NCBI GenBank assembly: GCA_951406725.2
Contig: OX597830.1
Location: 64,294,001 to 64,358,000, forward strand
Source: Octopus vulgaris
Taxonomy: Eukaryota
DNA: 64,000 bases
Reading direction: 5' to 3'
Each line of letters begins with the position of its first letter. Position 1 is the first letter of the stretch. The notes under the pieces are model-generated. The model did no database searches. It saw nothing but the letters and a program-made list of their open reading frames with translations, and was not told the DNA's origin. Position numbers and translations under genes: made by a program. Shown in pieces: positions 12,711 through 27,295 of the stretch.

Positions 12711-13141
12711 CATCTTACATTTTGAAGCTACTTCAAAGTTTTCTAATCGCGTTTAAAGGAATTTTCTGTATGTTTCTGCTCTAATAATTTAATTATTCGG
12801 CCAAGAATTTCATGACTGAAGGAATTAAAAAAAAAAGAACTAAATAATAAAAGTTATGAACTCCACTTAAGTCAAAGTATTTGGAAACATTTAATCTGTA
12901 ACTGGACTGGAACATTCGTTAATCTATTAATTAATGTGTAATGATCATTCTAATCTTCCACAAAATAACAAATGTAAAATGGCAGCCATGAATTTATCAT
13001 TTTATTGCGTGTCACGTGGCGTTCATAATGACTTTTCCGTTACTTTCCAATATATTTGCCAGAGACAAATTTTGGCAGAATATATGCACATGAATATTTA
13101 TGCCTCTGCTGCTATTCCTATTCTTTCTCACTCATCTATCA

Positions 13142-13221
<80 letters not shown>

Positions 13222-13226
13222 GTCTA

Positions 13227-13504
<278 letters not shown>

Positions 13505-13526
13505 GTTATCTATCTATCTATAAAAG

Positions 13527-13720
13527 ACAGCCCCCCACCTCGGGCACGAGTGACCATAGGATTGCACCTACAAAGTTCTCCTCCAAGGCACAAGTCCGAC
13601 CGAGGTTGTTTATAGAAGACCAGCAGTCGCCCATGCATACCAGCCTCCTATCTCCACACCACCGAAGTTATCCAAGGAAAAGGTAAAGACCGGTACAGCT
13701 TGGCACCAGTGACGTCGCAA
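13527..13720 (-). mobile_element. GC-richer interspersed repeat fragment, probably the 3' part of another SINE
   Basis: Minus strand gcgacgtcactggtgccaagctgta...ggtgcaatcctatggtc resembles SINE/RTE-type tails. Single copy in the window, so the assignment is tentative. Confidence 0.35.
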
Positions 13721-14119
13721 AAGGCTCAGTTGATAGAGCTTCGGGCTTATAAACTGATATTTTAATTCTTATTACTTTTCATTTGTCTTGCTCGCTTATG
13801 TTTCTGGTGTTTGCTAAATTTTCTAGAGAACAATTCTTAGTGGTTAAGACCATAGCGGATCTTCTTCTAGCATAAGGGTTTCCACATAGTGGTAAAATTC
13901 CCTCTTATGTCCCCTTCATATTGTGGTAATCTCTATTTCCAGATCTGTATATTTGAATAGTTTCCAAATATCTTTTCGTGTGTGTGTCTGTGTGTGTGTG
14001 TGTGTGTCTGCGTGTTTGCTTGTGTGTGTGAGTGTGTGTGTGTATGTGTGTGTATGAGAGAGAGTGAGAGAGAGGAAGATGGAGGTAGATAGAGATTACA
14101 TATACAGAGATTATTGTCC

Positions 14120-14235
<116 letters not shown>

Positions 14236-14240
14236 CATTA

Positions 14241-14272
<32 letters not shown>

Positions 14273-15701
14273 GCTATAGTAGTTGCTGTTGTTGTAGTTC
14301 TTATTCTCTCTTTGTTAAAACCTATTTCAAATAACAATTGAAATGCGAATCCAACAATTAACTTGCATTGACAGGAAGCAGTTATGATCTTTGAAAGGCG
14401 AACCACACTTACTCCATCTATTGCTGTCACAATCTCAACCATTAACACCAACATCCTATCATCATCACAGACTTCATCCCGACTCCCATGGTCCATACTT
14501 CCTCTCCTCCTCCTTCTCCCTTCCTCCTCCTCTCCTCCTTTTCCTCATTGTCTCCTTCAACTCTCTCACTACTACTCCTCCTTACCTGCCATTTCTTTTT
14601 CTAGTATTAAGCTACAACAATCAGAATCAACGACATTACGCAACAACGGCTATTATTTCTGTCATCAGAACTCCACCATCTGCATTATCATTATAAAATG
14701 AACATCATCACCATCATCGCCATCAACAAAAGAAACGACGACAACAACAATAAAAATAATACTGACAAAAATAATTTTTCTCGATGACGTAAAAACCAGT
14801 TGAAAACGGCCATTAAGAATTGGTTAAAAGCAGACGACATTTGTATTTCCTTTTGAAAATATGCATCCTATTATCACAGATTGCATAGTCAGAAGTTGGA
14901 AGTGTTTTAAAGACATATTGACATAAGTGTTACACTGTTTTAGTTTCAGTGCAAACGACATAAATTTCTGTGGCTCCCACTTTTTTTTTCTTTAGAAAAA
15001 AGAAATTTAAGTGTGAAAGATTAATGAAATCTCAACAAAGATTCCATTAGACAGCTGGGTGTGACAAGACCTTGGTTACAACCTGACAAAAATTGTCTAA
15101 ACAAATTAAGAATGCTTTGTTTGTTGGTTTGAGATGGGAGGATTCTTTGAAATACTTTTAAATAATTCATCTGTGTATAACTGAAAAACTAGAAAACAGT
15201 AACTGAAAGAAACGAACAAAAACAGCAAATACAAAAACAACAACAACAACAACAATATCAATAGCAACGAGAGGAACAACAACAATAAGAGTAGCAGCAA
15301 CAGAAGTGATAAATGTATGGACTCCAGCTTTTGGCTAACACGTTTCTTCTAGAATGACAACAACAAAGAGGCCATACGCAAGAGATCACGCAAACCAGAA
15401 TATTTTCCCATGCTTCTTCCAATTGTTTTTCAGCTGCAAAACAATAAAATTCTTACGCACTGACGCATAGATTACGCATACATAATGGAGGGAGCGTATA
15501 CGTATAGATAAACATTTACTTATATACGTATATACTCACACATGTGTGTTATGCATGTATGATGTATAATATATATATATATATATATATATAACAAATA
15601 TATATATATATATATTTCCGATATACATTATGCAGATTTCTCATCAGGAAAATCAAGGAACTATGTCGACATTCATATATAAAAACATATATACACACAA
15701 A

Positions 15702-15882
<181 letters not shown>

Positions 15883-16062
15883 CATATGTACATGTGTATA
15901 TATAAATATTTGTGTGTATAATATATATTTTTATATATGAATGTGTTCATCTCTCTATCCATCTATTCATGTATGTCCTGTTACACACACACGAACACAT
16001 GCATACACACGCATAAATGCATATATGTGTGTGTTTTGGGAGGGTCATTGAACTAATAATAT

Positions 16063-17651
16063 ATGAGGGGGTGCTGAAAAGTTCCTGTCTTCGGGCAAAA
16101 GAAAATATAGATTCACACACTTATTGCAACGGTCCTTCAGTTTTTCTAAGACCTGTGAAAGGAACTCGGTATGTTGGGCCTCCAACCAGGCCACTGTAGC
16201 AGTGGTTACTTCCGAATCGGTGTGAAATTTTGTTCCCTTGAGACGTTTCTTCAGTTGTGGAAAGAGTTGATAGTCAGAAAGAGCCAAGTCAGGAGAGTAA
16301 AGTGGGTGGTCAACAAATTCGAAACCAAAATCGCGTATTTTCCGTAGAGTTTCATGTGTTGTGTGTGCTGGTGTATTGTCCTGCAAAAACAAGACACCAC
16401 GACTCAGCTTTCCACGGCGTTTCTGCTTCAAAACTTCCTGCAGTTCATCCAACAGAGACATGTAGTACTCTGCGTTGATAGTGCGACCCTTTGGCGGGTA
16501 TTTCATGTGGAGGCGCAATGGCCCAGTGGTTAGGCCAGCGGACTCGTGGTCATAGGATCGCGGTTTCGATTCCCAGACCGGGCGTTGTGAGTGTTTATTG
16601 AGCGAAAACACCTAAAGCTCCACGAGGCTCCGGCAGGGGATGGTGGTGATCCCTGCTGTACTCTTTCACCACAACTTTCTCTCACTCTTACTTCCTGTTT
16701 CTGTTGTACCTGTATTTCAAAGGGCCGGCCTTGTCACTCTCTGTGTCACGCTGAATATCCCCGAGAACTACGTTAAGGGTGCACGTGTCTGTGGAGTGCT
16801 CAGCCACTTACACGTTAATTTCACGAGCAGGCTGTTCCGTTGATTCGGATCAACCGGAACCCTCATCGTCGTAGCCGTCGGAGTGCTTCAAGATTTCATG
16901 AGAAATACTCCATTTTTGTCCCATAACACTGAAGTCAGAATCTTTCCAGCTGACTTCTGTGTCCGAAACTTCCAAGGATCCGGTGAATTGCTGTTCCGTC
17001 ACTCCATTGATTGTTGCTTGGTCTGGGGATCAGAACGAGGAAGTCAAGTTTTATCCTTGGCGACTAAACGAGCCATAAAATCAGCCTCTCATGCTGCAAA
17101 CAAGTGCCAAATCGCCTTTGATGTCGTCCCTTTTGCGCATTCGGGCTCTTTGGCACCTATTTTGTGGAAAACTTTCTCATGTCCAGAATGTTGCGATAAT
17201 CCCTAAACTCTCTGCTATGACTTTAGCTGAAATCCAACGGTCCTCGAGACTCAAGATGTGCACAGTGTCGGCTTTATCCTCTGTGGTCGCAGAAGTTGAC
17301 CATCCAGACTGGGGTTCATCCGAGACCTCGAAACCTTGACACCCAGATTTTCTCTGTGGAGTAAAATGGGCAGGTATCATTCAAGACGTCTTTCATCTCG
17401 GCATGGATTTTCGCCACTCCTTTGCCATGCAAAAATAGGAAATTCATGACCGCATGGGCTTCAATTTTACCAAACTCTATTGTAGAAGCTTCCATCATGC
17501 GTTAAATCTACAAAAAGGAGAAAATTATATTGCATACCATCATGAATCTTTACCTGCCTTTTCCTAAATAGTTGTCCTACATCCTCTGTAAAGGTAACAG
17601 CTCTACCCTTTAGCAATACTCTTAAAGCCTGGAACTTATCCTATCGGACTC
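16063..17651 (-). mobile_element. Decayed full-length mariner transposon with disrupted D,D34D transposase
   Basis: N-terminus EAHAVMNFLFLHGK..KIHAEM (from 17498), a [W]VPK motif, then INAEYY..LL, FLQDNTPAH, HPLYSPDLALSDYQLFPQLK. Degenerate TIRs TA|tgagggggtgctgaaaagttcctg and caggaact-like aaagcctggaactt..ctct|TA. Stops, frameshifts and a SINE insertion. Confidence 0.9.
16508..16892 (+). mobile_element. SINE-A, full length, inserted into the mariner ORF
   Basis: tRNA-like head ggaggcgcaaTGGCCCAGTGGttagg...GGTTTCGATTCCc. TSD ATTTCATG at 16500-16507 and 16893-16900. Confidence 0.9.
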
Positions 17652-17759
17652 TTATGCCGAACCGCTAAGTTACACCAACACTGGTTGTCAAGCAGTAGTG
17701 GCGAGACAAACACACACACATATACATACATACATACATACATACATACATACATACAT

Positions 17760-17794
<35 letters not shown>

Positions 17795-17971
17795 TATACA
17801 AATATATATATATATGACAGGCTTCTTTTAGTTTCCCTCTACGAAATCCACTCACAAGGCTTTGGTCGACCCCGGGCAATAGTAGAAGATACCTGCCCAA
17901 CTTTCCAGATCCTGAGACTGATCCTGGAACCATGTTGACGGGAAGCAAGCTTCTTAACCACAAAGCCACGC
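17652..17971 (-). mobile_element. SINE-C, diverged partial copy
   Basis: gccgaaccgctaagttac..ggttgtcaagc..(CATA)n..aaatccactcacaaggctttggtcg..cttcttaaccacaaagccac. Confidence 0.8.
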
Positions 17972-17972
17972 T

Positions 17973-18007
<35 letters not shown>

Positions 18008-18486
18008 TATACATGCATACATGCATACATACATACATACATACATACATACATACATACATACATACATGCATACATACATACTTACATGCATGCATGC
18101 ATACATACATACATGCATACATACATACACACACAGACATATGCATACATACATACATACATACATACATACATACATACATACATACATACATACATAC
18201 ATACATACATACATACATACATACATACATACATACATACATACATTCATACCTACATACATACATACATACATACATACATACACACACACACATATAC
18301 ATACATACATACATACATACATGCATACATGCATACATACATACATACATACATACATACATGCATACATGCATACATACATACATACATGCATACATAC
18401 ATACATACATACATACATGCATGCATGCATGCATACATACATACATACATACATACATACATACATACATACATACATACATGCAT

Positions 18487-18519
<33 letters not shown>

Positions 18520-18542
18520 TACACTCATACATACATACACAT
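17972..18542. repeat. Long imperfect (CATA)n/(CATG) array
   Basis: Directly visible. Source of the 278-aa MYVC ORF. Confidence 0.97.
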
Positions 18543-18832
18543 GCTAACCGTCCTTTAGCTAATGCCATGCTTTCGGCAGATTAGGCATGGATTTCACAAT
18601 GACATACAGATCAACGTTTATCCACTTTTCGACCCATGATTCTTTCAGCTGGGCACCTTCCCTTGATGGGATTTGATCCAAATAATTGACCCTAATACTA
18701 TTTTCTTAGAGCATGGCACGTTTTCTGCCGGACATATTTTTGCTGAACCGCTATTAGGGGGATATAAAAAAACTAATACCGGTTGCTGCACATTCTCTCG
18801 AAATTAAAAAAAATTATGACGTCAATATGCAT

Positions 18833-19640
18833 ATATTTCGTCCGACTTTATTTTCTGAGTTCAAATTCCGCCGAGGTCGACTTTGCCTTTCATCCTTTCG
18901 GAATCGATAAAATAAGTACCAGCTGCGCGCTGAGATCAATATAATCGATTTACTCTTTTGTTTAAAATTGCTGGCCTTCTACCAGAATTTGAAACCATTA
19001 TTACTACTTTGTTGTTGCTGTTGTTGCTATTATCATCATTTGTAATACGCTAGGCAAAATGCTTAGCAGCGTCCATCCTTACGTTCTGAGTTCAAATTCC
19101 GCCGAGGTCGACTTTATCTTTCATCCTTTCGGGATCGATAAAATTAAGTACCACTGAAACGCTGGGGTCGATGTAATCGACTTGTCCCCTTCCTTCAAAT
19201 TTCAAGTCTTGTGTCTTTAGTAGAAAGAATTATCATTATTATTACGCCGGGCAAAATGCTTAGCGGCATTTCGTTCGCCTACACGTTCTGAGTTCAAATT
19301 CCATCGAAGCCGACTCTACCTTTCATCCTTTCGGGATCGATAAAATTAAGTACCACTAAAACGCTGGGGTCGATGTAATCGACTTGTCCCCTCCTCCAAA
19401 TTTCAAGTCTTGCGTCTTTAGTAGAAAGAATTATCATTATTATTACGCCGGGCAAAATGCTTAGCGGCATTTCGTTCGCCTACACGTTCTGAGTTCAAAT
19501 TCCACCGAAGCCGACTTTACCTTTCATCCTTTCGGGATCGATAAAATTAAGTACCACTGAAACGCTGGGGTCGATGTAATCGACTTGTCCCCTTCCCTCA
19601 AATTTCAGGCCGTGTGCTTTTAGTAGAAGGGATTATCAAC
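18833..19640 (+). mobile_element. Cluster of four SINE-B-type units, the last three a tandem array of about 190-200 bp
   Basis: Repeated acgttctgagttcaaattcc...tttcatcctttcgggatcgataaaattaagtaccact...tttagtagaaagaattatcattattatt. Units at 19245 and 19445 are nearly identical. Confidence 0.85.
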
Positions 19641-21224
19641 ATTATTATTTTAAGTTTGGCGGTTGGCATTTAATTCAAGTTGTTTTTGGCGCTGTGTTAG
19701 GGAGGGACTGATTCTTGTTTGGCGGAGAAAAAAATCTTCGTTGTGAAGAATTATGCTGACACATTCACACATATTTACACATGCATGTAGATTTACATAT
19801 ATAATATACTAGATAAGATGTGGAGCAAACGTTGTTTAAAAGACACATACGTACGATTACCAATATATATATACACACACACATACACGTATATATCCCG
19901 CCCCAAATATACAGATATGTGAGAAACTGACTTTTGGTATGTTGAATAAATTTCATTCATAAAAAATAAAACATCATAAGTACAGATATATGCATACACA
20001 CATACACCCAAAACATACATCACACACAACACACACACATGCATACATAAACATATGTATGTTTGTAAGTACGTATGTACTCTTCCCCACCAAAAATGAT
20101 ATGACATTTTTCACCATGTTTCGTTCCCTTTCTTTTTAACACAAGCGGGATAACTAGAGCCTGTATTCCACAAAGATTCTTTTATTCCATAAAGTCTTCT
20201 GCGTTAAAGTCTTCACTCACCATATTGGTTCTATCACCTATAAACAGAAAGCAATATACGCCAATATTACTTCGTCCAGAAGTTGAGATCAGGAAAATAC
20301 AGAAACATTAATAATAGACTAGGAAACATTACTGTGGCGAACAAGCTGCAGCCACACTCATGAGATAACAAAGAAAGAAAACAGTTGTGTATTCCATAGG
20401 CGAAACAAATGTTTTGACGTTCGTTCCCTGTCATCGTGAGCATTTGCAGTGTAAATTAAGGCAGAAGTCTGACAGCTGGTTGTTTTATAGAACAGTTTGG
20501 TCTTTACTTTGAGAGAACCGCTTGATTTAAAATCTCCTTATATATGATATTCTAAACTAAGAGTACTATAAAATCTATTCTATCAAACTCATCAAGTTGT
20601 AAATATTAATGTTGAAAGACATGTAAACAAACTACAAACAGGAATACCTTCTATTAATTAATTCATCTGCCAATATATTGTATTTTAATGGCAGCCATAT
20701 GTCTTATGTATCTGGTCCATCTTTTTTTTACTGATCGCTGATATCTCCAGGTGTCTTCTGGTAAGGGTGGAAGGGTTTCGAATATCAACGAAATAAATCA
20801 ACGAAACATCAGAAAGAAATGGCAAGAGATTATTAGTACATCTCAACGAAATATTTGAAGTAAATATCACACACACACACACACGTACAATGTACATACA
20901 TATATATATGTAAATATGTTCGGTCTGATACCCGCCTGTCACTGTCTGTCGTTACTGACTAAAATGCGCTGAATATATAGTTGTGATCTTACTTAGAAGA
21001 AGCGCTCCTAAGATGAAATTGTTGTTTGATCTGGTTCCACACAAAGTCTTGAATGGTCAGATTTCTTGATGACTCTGGTAATATTCTACTGAATCGTGAT
21101 CATGTTTCTGAGTCGCTTTATTGCATCAGATATAGTGATCGGGGTCCCATTGCTAAATATTCCTGCTACATATGTATATATACGTATATATGTGTGTAAA
21201 AATACACATATATCTTTCTTTTAT

Positions 21225-21821
21225 ATGTTATTTGTTTCGCTCATCAGATCGCGGCTATGCTGGAGCACCGCCCCGAAGAATTTCAGTAGAAGGAATCGAT
21301 CCTAACACAGTAATCCCCCGCCATATCACGATTCACCTATCGCGGTTCACCTATCGCGGTTCACCTATCGCGGTTCACCTATCGCAGTTTGTTATTTAAG
21401 CTTACATCGTTTCATCCGTTTTACATTTACAAATAAAAACAGTACTGGTTCTATTTCGTGGGTTTTGACTTATCGCGGGGTGGGGGTTGGAACGTAACGT
21501 TCGCGCTAGTCGAGGGGTTACGGTAATTATTTTTATTTTAAGCCTGGTAATTATTCTATCGTCTCCTTTTTGCCGAACCGCTAGGTTACAGGAATATAAA
21601 CACACCAAACACCGGTTGTCAAGCAGTGGTGGGGAAAACACACACACACGCAGACACACACACATCTATATAATGGGCTTCTTTCAACCTCTATCTACAA
21701 AATCCACTTACAAGGCTTTGGTCGGATATAGGCTGTAGCAGAAGATACTTGCCCAAGGTGCCACGCAATGGGACTGAACCTAGGACCGTGTGATTGGGAA
21801 ACAACACACCTACGCCTGCAC
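21225..21821 (-). mobile_element. Old SINE-C copy interrupted by a MITE
   Basis: gcggctatgctggagcaccgcc before the MITE; ttattctatcg..tttttgccgaaccgct..cttgcccaaggtgccacgc after it. Confidence 0.8.
21308..21523. mobile_element. Tc1/pogo-type MITE with internal 14-bp tandem (ttcacctatcgcgg)x4
   Basis: Ends cagtaatccccc / gaggggttacgg|TA. Homologous to 58919-59136. Confidence 0.75.
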
Positions 21822-21839
21822 CTTTGCCCCTTTTTTTCT

Positions 21840-22282
21840 CTCTCTTCTCTCACGTGACCGCCGGTCAACTAGCCTTTCGGCTTCTGAGCACCGCCACGAC
21901 AACATCGATTTCTTCGTCTGCCGTAAGGCATTATTTTCCAAATACGCCAGCTAAGCTAAGTTGAACTGTCTAAAGTCGTAAGACACCCGCTGTTTTTGTC
22001 CTGTTTTTACCATTATTGTTTTTTGTATTTATATTCATGTGGCATCGTCCGTTTTCCTGTCCTTGTTTCGTATACATTCGATCCTTTTTCCAAGAAATCT
22101 AATACTCGTAGCTTAGTTTTTCCTTGGGGCTGGCCGGATCGGAGCGATCTCAAGATTAATCAGCCGAAATTGCGAGGATGATCCGGTTCTTGACTGAAGA
22201 TTAGAGGCTTCGAATGACCCGTCCGTTTTTTGTGTCGTTTATTTGAATGTTTCGCGTTCTTGTCCCATTTTGTATTTTTATA
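21840..22282 (+). repeat. Interspersed repeat ending in (TA)n; second copy at about 31160-31440; possibly Penelope-type terminal repeat
   Basis: Shared ttccaag.aatctaat.ctc.tagctt..ttttccttggggctggcc.gat.ggagc.atctcaag....tcagccGAAAttg...ttgaCTGA(A/G)GA...gaatgacc...ttgtcccattttgtatt(TA)n. Confidence 0.65.
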
Positions 22283-22327
<45 letters not shown>

Positions 22328-22460
22328 CATACATAGATACATACATATACATACGCATATATATTCATATATATATATATTTATATACAGAACATTCACA
22401 TATGTATGAGTGAAATATATGATGCATACTTACACATATGAATGTATGTGTGTATATATG

Positions 22461-22500
<40 letters not shown>

Positions 22501-22993
22501 TATATATATAAAGGACAACGAAAAATGCAGCATGCCCTATGATATCCTCGCTAGCGCATTAGATTACCATCGTTCAAAATTAGCCTAGATTCTTCCAAGT
22601 TTGATGTAATCCCCAAAAATGTAACTGTATTCCTTCAGCACTGATTGCATCATACCGAAGCCTGTTCTGTTGTCGTCTGCTTCCAAGGAGTAGCTCTATG
22701 TAATCTTCATTTCTAAGAATTTGATATATTTTGAAAATCTCCTTGTTTCTCATTTTTTGACAAGTTCCAGTGAGGCTTCTAATATTCTTATCGCAAATTT
22801 CTGCTAATCGTTCTGTCACTTTTTTTCCGCCTGTGTGTATATGTACAGTGTATGTATGTATGTATGTATGTATGTATGTATGTATGGATGGATGGATGTA
22901 TGTATGCATGTTTGTATGTATGTATATAGACCATAACATACATACATGCTCATATAGTTATATAAGTATACATCCATTATGTATGTATGTATG

Positions 22994-23034
<41 letters not shown>

Positions 23035-23219
23035 CACACATACGTATATTAATGCTTATATATATGCGGGTATATTTGCGATATACATGTGCATGTGTGT
23101 ATGTTTATATATATGTATGTATACATATATATATACATTTGCATGTATATATGTATGTATACATATATATACATTCATATATGTATATATATGTGTATGT
23201 ATATATATGTGTATGTATA

Positions 23220-23264
<45 letters not shown>

Positions 23265-23352
23265 GTACATACATATAAACATATATATATATATGCATAT
23301 ATATATATATATGTAGGTTTATATATACATACATATATATATACATATACAT

Positions 23353-23438
<86 letters not shown>

Positions 23439-23873
23439 GTATGTATATATGTATGTATATACCATTTTCCCTCTGTTTATGTGTGCCTTAATCGCAAAGC
23501 TATCTATAACAGCTTCACAAATTAATGACGCCTATCAACACATCATACAACACTATGTAGACCCACATACATTTAATATCTTTGCCATCATACTCACACC
23601 ATCGTTGAAGTGTGATATATTCACATCTGTCCTGAGTAAACCATTAATACATACATACCATACGTTTACCATTTAAGTATATGTATACGAATTTCCTGAC
23701 AAATGCATATCTCCACATGCACCGATTCAAAATATTGCACACATACACGCAGGCATACAAAGATATCTTGTCGATGATGTTTGAAATTTAAAGGAGGGAG
23801 CCTTGGATCTAGGTTAGAAACCGGCTCTGTTTCTCTTGGCAAGAAATCTTGAAATACATACATATGTACGTAC

Positions 23874-24248
23874 GGAGTGGCTGTGTGGTAAGTAGCTTGC
23901 TTACCAACCACATGGTTCCGGGATCACTCCCACTGCGTGACATCTTGGGCAAGTGTCTTCTGCTATAGCCCCGGGACGACCAATGCCTTGTGGGTGGATT
24001 TGGTAGACGGAAACTGAAAGAAGCCTGTCGTATATATGTATATATATGTGTGTGTGTGTGTGTTTGTGTGTCTGTGTTTGTACCCCTAGCATTGCTTGAC
24101 AACCGATGCTGGTGTGTTTACGTCCCCGTCACTTAGCGGTTCGGCAAAAGAGACCAATAGAATAAGTACTGGGCTTACAAAGAATAAGTCCCGGGGTCGA
24201 TTTGCTCGACTAAAGGCGGTGCTCCAGCATGGCCGCAGTCAAATGACT
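23874..24248 (+). mobile_element. SINE-C, near full length
   Basis: ggagtggctgtgtggtaagtagcttgc...ggcggtgctccagcatggccgcagtcaaatgact. Confidence 0.9.
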
Positions 24249-25946
24249 TTTATTTCTTTCTAAAAAACATTAAAAAAAACCCCGAAACAAAAGAATTTTA
24301 AAATTCCAATCAGAAGCAAGGCAGTTGCATCGTAGTTCCAGGACTTTCTGTCTCAACTTTTGAAAACCAGAGAAATCTGCGAAGTCTTTAAGACTTTAAA
24401 AATTGAGAAATAAAAATATCTAAACGAACCCGAGTGCATTTTCAACTTCTTTTTTTCTGCCGGCGCCACAAATGGGAACAATATTATCGTTGAAGGCGCG
24501 AAATTGGGTTTGACCCTCTGGCTGATAACTACTGATGAGGATTTGGTGATCTTCTGTGTCTGTATATGTTTTTTAACTGCCACTTACTGGTATTTTGTTT
24601 GCAGTGGGTGGTTTTATATTTTCGTACGATGTCTCTTCTAGTCCGTTCTTTTTCTTTCTCTTCTTTCACCCCCTTTCTCTCTCTTTCTCTTCCTCTCTCT
24701 TTCTCTTCCTCTCTCTTTCTCTTCCTCTCTCTTTCTCTTCCTCTCTCTTTCTCTCTCTCTCTCCCCTTCCCTCTCTATACTTTTTCTGTGCTGCTACCCG
24801 TTCCTGTATTTTGCCTTCTCTCTCTGCTCTCTGTGTCTCTAGCTGCCCTCTACCACTTTTCTCCCTCCAGTCAGTGAGACATGACCCGTGGTCATCGTCT
24901 TTTTCTTTTCGCGCCAACTGCTGAAGCAACTGGCTGCATTTTCTCTTGTCTCTCACTTTCATTGCATTTCGCTCCCTCTCTCTCTCTTTCTCTCCTGGCG
25001 TTAACCATGTTTTCGTCTCCTGTCTGGTCCTAAGGCCGTATTCTGTTTAAGTATTTCAGTTTGTTCGTATGCCCACATTTTGTCGTGTTTGTTTTCTCTT
25101 TGTCCTTCACCCGTCCACTAATGATCTCATCTTGAATCACATTTATCTCATACTTGTATGTTCACTTTCTGTATGGTACATTTGTTTATTTCTTGTTTGT
25201 TTTGTCACGTTCTGTCATCTTTGGTCCCTTTATCGTTGGCTCGCCATTCCCCCGCCCCCCGGTGGCTTCTAAAGACAGACGATGGTTACGTGTGAGCAAC
25301 GAGAGAGACCTCACACGTGACCAGCATCCATCTTTCCTTTCCTCAAGTGACCATCTTTCTTTTCCTGTACGACGTTCTAAGGATCGGACGTCTTTTATCT
25401 CTCTCTTCTATTTTTTCTCTTTTCAAAGAAAACATTTCTCCCAGCGTTCACTATTTTCCTCTCGTTCTGGTCCATCGACCGTCCATCTTTGTTTTCATTC
25501 GTCTTCCTTGTATGTCTCCACTGTTCTGTTTTTGTTCCCAACTTTAACCCTCTATAAATTCAAAATTTTATGTTGGAAGTTATGGGAGCAACTATCTTCG
25601 AAGACTCATATTGCCATTCAATGCTCGAAATGAGGAGTAGATAGACAGCCAAGAATTGATGAAGGGTCGTTGTTTGTGTTACTTGTCCTGTTTACCATTT
25701 TTCTCTCGTTGTTTGCGTATTTAACTCGTTATATGTTGTTTGCACAGTTGGTGACGTCCTGTACCCATATATGCATATATATATATATTATTTAAGTGAA
25801 CACCACGCATCTTCTTCCAAGTATATATATATATACTTATACACACACTCACATACATATTATATATATATACATTCACACACATACATATTATATATAT
25901 ATATATATACACTTATACATACACACACATACATATAATACATATA

Positions 25947-26064
<118 letters not shown>

Positions 26065-26192
26065 TTGGCATCCTTTCTGTCTCGGGAGACAATATATATA
26101 TATATATACACTTATACATACACATACATACATATAATATATATATATACACTTATACATACACACACACATACATATAATATATATATATG

Positions 26193-26238
<46 letters not shown>

Positions 26239-26254
26239 CATATATATATATCCC

Positions 26255-26840
26255 TGTGCTTTGTATAGTTAATGCATCTGTATTTTCCCAGAATGTCTTA
26301 TGTCTCTCCTGCATCCCCATCCAATTCTTGCCTATTCTCGATATAAGGCTACTTTTAAGAATTTGTTTTTGTAACATTTGTTGCGATTGTTAGTGTAACC
26401 CATGTTGTTCTCGCTGTTGTTGTTGTGTCTCTGTTACTATTATTTTTGCAGTCGTTGTTGCAGGTCATCTCCAGTTGCGTAACAACCAATCTTCTTCATC
26501 ACAACCGCCTCCGACCTATACTGGTTTGTCCGGCTATCTTTCGTCTCTGTTCGTTTTAAAACTCAATACGCGCCCGTTTCGCTTGTCCTTCTTTTTTTCG
26601 TTGGAAATAATGTAATTTCTGAAGTTTGTAAAATGTCTTTTTATTATTAATTATTTCTTTTTTGCGTGTGTGTTTCTTACAGTATCCATTCTGTGAAAGC
26701 CATCCCAGCTTGTCAACTGATAAACCTTCAGATTCTGTGGGGGTTTTTTTCAGGGACAGCTGACAACATGGAATGTTTTTGACATCGGCTCCTTGTTTTG
26801 GAATCATTATCATATCTCACACCCTGTATAAAGTTTGTTT
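26255..26840 (+). repeat. Locally duplicated unexplained unit, copy 1
   Basis: Block A tgcaggtcatctccagttgcgtaac (26459-26483) and block B tatccattctgtgaaagccatccc...ttttgacatcggct (26683-26790). Homologues at 30760-31137 (-), 38085-38690 (+), and block A only at 32540-32564. Confidence 0.75.
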
Positions 26841-26920
26841 TGAGAGAAAAATAACAACACACGCACACACACACACACACACGCACACACACACGCACAC
26901 ACACACGCACACACGCACAC

Positions 26921-26970
<50 letters not shown>

Positions 26971-27295
26971 AATCTTACTGACAATGACTACAAAGTAGCA
27001 CCGGGCGTGTAGATTATTTATGTATATATATATATACATTCAAATGTGAGTGTGAGTATGCGTTTGTTTTTGTACGAGTGTGAACGAACCACATACACAA
27101 AGAAATTCAAGTGAGTGTTAATAAAATTATTTTAATTCTATACATGCTTGGGTGTGTGCATGAGGTTTTGAGTTCAGTCCCACTGCGTGGCACCTTAGGT
27201 GTCTTCTGCTGTAGCCTCGCGTCGATCAATGCTTTGTGAGCGAATCTGGTTGACGGAAACTGTATGAATATATATGTATATGAATATATATATAA

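Noticed and set aside
19050-19640. CRISPR-like regular repeats (also 52403-53007 and 21332-21387)
   Set aside because: Units are whole SINE modules or a simple 14-bp tandem with no unique spacers; eukaryotic context and no cas genes.
23760-23855. Minus-strand exon candidate DFLPRETEPVSNLDPRLPPLNFK
   Set aside because: The + strand looks like a retroelement 3' tail followed by (CATA)n, and the splice sites are weak.
26683-26790. Block B as SECIS, snoRNA or coding exon
   Set aside because: No AUGA/GA quartet or C/D boxes conserved across the three copies; 1-nt indels and a stop break a shared reading frame.
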